64,000 bases of DNA, taken from an uncultured bacterium (GTDB lineage Bacteria > Patescibacteriota > Minisyncoccia > UBA6257 > 2-01-FULL-56-20). The stretch spans positions 515,552-579,551 of the forward strand of contig OY970126.1 of assembly GCA_963705915.1 (NCBI GenBank), given 5' to 3'. A model generated the notes under the pieces. The model searched no databases. It was not told the DNA's origin and saw nothing but the letters and a program-made list of their open reading frames with translations. Both the position numbers and the translations under genes were made by a program. Positions within the stretch are counted from its first letter, which is position 1, and every line of letters starts with the position of its first letter. Below, piece after piece: positions 62,158 through 64,000 of this stretch.

Positions 62158-62678
62158 GTCCCTCCATTGTAACGCGCTGTTTTGTCATAGGTCAAAAAGT
62201 CAAAATCAAAAGGATTTTTCTCGTCTTTTTGATGTCGTTCGGACGAACTCACCGTCCACATTTCGGGATCGATCTCCGGGAAAAACGCGTCTCCAGCAAA
62301 AGTGCCGTGCACATTCGTGATAAAAAGCTTGTCGGCGGCCGGAAGCGCCATGGCGTAAATTTGTGCGCCGCCGAGAATAAAAACTTTGTTACCTTCACCG
62401 GAAATGGAATCTTCGGCAAACCGCATCGCTTCTTGCAGCGAATGCGCCACCGAAATGCCTTCCGCCTTATACCCCAGATCGTGCGTGATAACAATGTTCA
62501 TCCTGCCGGGCAATGGCTTCCCAATCGACTCAAATGTTTTTCGCCCCATGATGACCGGATGGCCCATCGTGAGATCTTTGAAATGTTTGAAGTCCGCGGG
62601 CAAGTGCCACGGGATTTTTCCAGCCGAACCAATCACGCGATTTTCTCCCATCGCTGCGATGATGCAAATTTCTGCCAT
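62154..62678 (-). CDS. folA: Dihydrofolate reductase
   Basis: ICIIAAMGENRVIGSAGKIPWHLPADFKHFKDLTMGHPVIMGRKTFESIG and LGGAQIY are canonical DHFR motifs. Confidence 0.88.
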   Translation of the reverse strand: MAEICIIAAMGENRVIGSAGKIPWHLPADFKHFKDLTMGHPVIMGRKTFESIGKPLPGRMNIVITHDLGYKAEGISVAHSLQEAMRFAEDSISGEGNKVFILGGAQIYAMALPAADKLFITNVHGTFAGDAFFPEIDPEMWTVSSSERHQKDEKNPFDFDFLTYDKTARYNGGT

Positions 62679-62688
62679 GGGAGACGCC

Positions 62689-63384
62689 TTATTGCGTAAA
62701 GCTTATCGAATCTAAGACGCGCTGAAATGCCGTAAGGAATGTTGTGCCTTTCGGGTCGTTCTCGTGATATGAGAGATATATTTTATAGAGCAGGCCGTTC
62801 GATGCGTCCGGACAATACACCCCGATATTATTCGAAGGGTATCCTTGCCCATAGTTGCTCGTGTACGAAACCTGCGTGCATGCAACGTGGTCAACTGTGA
62901 CGCTCGACGTGCTATTTACCGTATCGTCCATCGTCTCAGTTTGGATGATTGGCCCGTCCGGACCGGCGTTCTTCACGCTCACAACGTCGATCTCCGCGCC
63001 CCCGGCAGGGATCATTTCATTGTTTTGATAATTATTGCCGAAGTTATCAAATGAGAGCGGCAAATCTGTTCCAAGAATCCAACCCGGCGGATAATCTAAT
63101 GAAATGTTCACGCTGTCGCTCGAGTACGGTTCCCATACGCTTGAAACGCCGCCATTCGTGCTTGTGCTGAGTGTCACCGTGAGGCCGCCCGTTGAACTAA
63201 CACTCATCTGAGTGCCGCTCGCGACGACGGTTGAAGAAGCGGGAATAGAAACGGTGCTCGTCGATGAGCCCGAAGGCTGGGTTTCCGGCGCACGCGCACG
63301 TAAAGTCCATGCCAAAAAGCCAATCACTACGACGACAACTACGACAACCACAATAATCCAGATTTGTTTCCTACGGGAATCCAT
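62689..63384 (-). CDS. Secreted/membrane-anchored hypothetical protein (231 aa)
   Basis: N-terminal TM or signal helix IWIIVVVVVVVVIGFLAW, then a Ser/Thr-rich domain. Confidence 0.5.
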   Translation of the reverse strand: MDSRRKQIWIIVVVVVVVVVIGFLAWTLRARAPETQPSGSSTSTVSIPASSTVVASGTQMSVSSTGGLTVTLSTSTNGGVSSVWEPYSSDSVNISLDYPPGWILGTDLPLSFDNFGNNYQNNEMIPAGGAEIDVVSVKNAGPDGPIIQTETMDDTVNSTSSVTVDHVACTQVSYTSNYGQGYPSNNIGVYCPDASNGLLYKIYLSYHENDPKGTTFLTAFQRVLDSISFTQ

Positions 63385-63386
63385 CG

Positions 63387-63833
63387 TTAAGGCGTCTGCA
63401 ACAACTCGCCGCTAAGCGCTGCCTGGATGTCCTGCTGATACGTGGAGTCGCCACCTTGCGGCATCGTACCCGTGCAAGGATGGAGGGACGATTTCGCTCC
63501 GTAAGCAAAGTCTAATGTGCATTCGTGAAGTTCGAGGGAATTCACATAATGCGCCTGGGCAAAAGGAATCACAGCAGGGAGATATTCCGCGGCCCAAACG
63601 TTGATCTGATCACTACCGCCGCCATAGGTTCCGTTACCAACCGACGTCGTGAAGGTGAACTGACCGTTTGCGCCTACATCCTGGCATGAGTTGATCGAGG
63701 TTTGGATAATCGTCGCGTTGTTAAAAGGATCGGTGTTTGCCGCGGTGAGATATACGGACGCTTGGCAAAGCGGCGTGCAATCGCCGTTGCACGTTGCCGT
63801 TGCAAGTCCATTATTCACTTTGATTGAAGTCAC
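63387..63833 (-). CDS. Cys-containing secreted hypothetical protein. The track ORF begins at a GTG codon and the gene may extend further upstream toward the window end.
   Basis: ORF only. Codon at 63831..63833 is GTG, not ATG. Confidence 0.35.
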   Translation of the reverse strand: MTSIKVNNGLATATCNGDCTPLCQASVYLTAANTDPFNNATIIQTSINSCQDVGANGQFTFTTSVGNGTYGGGSDQINVWAAEYLPAVIPFAQAHYVNSLELHECTLDFAYGAKSSLHPCTGTMPQGGDSTYQQDIQAALSGELLQTP

Positions 63834-64000
63834 CGGGAACGTCTCCGTCTGGGATCCTGTGAAAGGTCCTGGCCAAATCGTCTGGGCGTAGTGAATGACA
63901 GGAACCGTGGAGTACGTACTAAAGTTAAGAGCCCAGTCATGGAGCGACGAAGGGATGATGCCGTGGCTGTATGCATACGGATCGTTAATAGTAGCGCCTT

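Overview
The window looks like an rRNA/tRNA-rich core-genome segment of a small bacterial genome, probably CPR/Patescibacteria-like. That lineage call is inference from introns with homing endonucleases in 23S, a 16S-less 23S-5S operon, tRNAs without encoded CCA next to a cca gene, and a type IV pilus plus comF locus. Most genes lie on the minus strand.

Called features:
- Translation and replication genes: alaS, miaA, gatB, gatC-gatA, rplK, ssb, rpsF, cca, monomeric pheS, ligA.
- A single 2252-aa in-frame rpoB-rpoC fusion.
- Cell-envelope genes mltG, ftsW/rodA and murD.
- Nucleotide metabolism: pyrE-pyrF, thyA-CYTH-dcd-folA, cmk-like and an HD dGTPase-like gene.
- A complete type IV pilus/competence locus (pilM-N-O, pilB, pilT, pilC, pilA, pilD, four prepilin-like genes, two large surface proteins, comF) with a class II Fic gene between pilA and pilC.
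- An ECF sigma/anti-sigma pair.
- A minus-strand 23S rRNA (about 22460..26576) and 5S rRNA. The 23S carries a LAGLIDADG intron at the sarcin-ricin loop region and a second compact GIY-YIG ORF insertion in the apex of a long perfect helix.
- Three tRNAs: Pro-CGG, Met-CAT and Asp-GTC.

Most unusual: a family of at least four (possibly five) intergenic elements. Each is a long perfect inverted repeat unique to that copy, enclosing a conserved two-hairpin core with compensatory base changes. All copies are oriented the same way relative to local transcription, and they sit at rRNA spacer, tRNA trailer and intergenic operon positions. This is a candidate undescribed structured RNA or processing element.

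Also notable: a 26-bp tRNA-3'-end-like direct repeat that brackets a hairpin-dense 230-bp block next to tRNA-Met.
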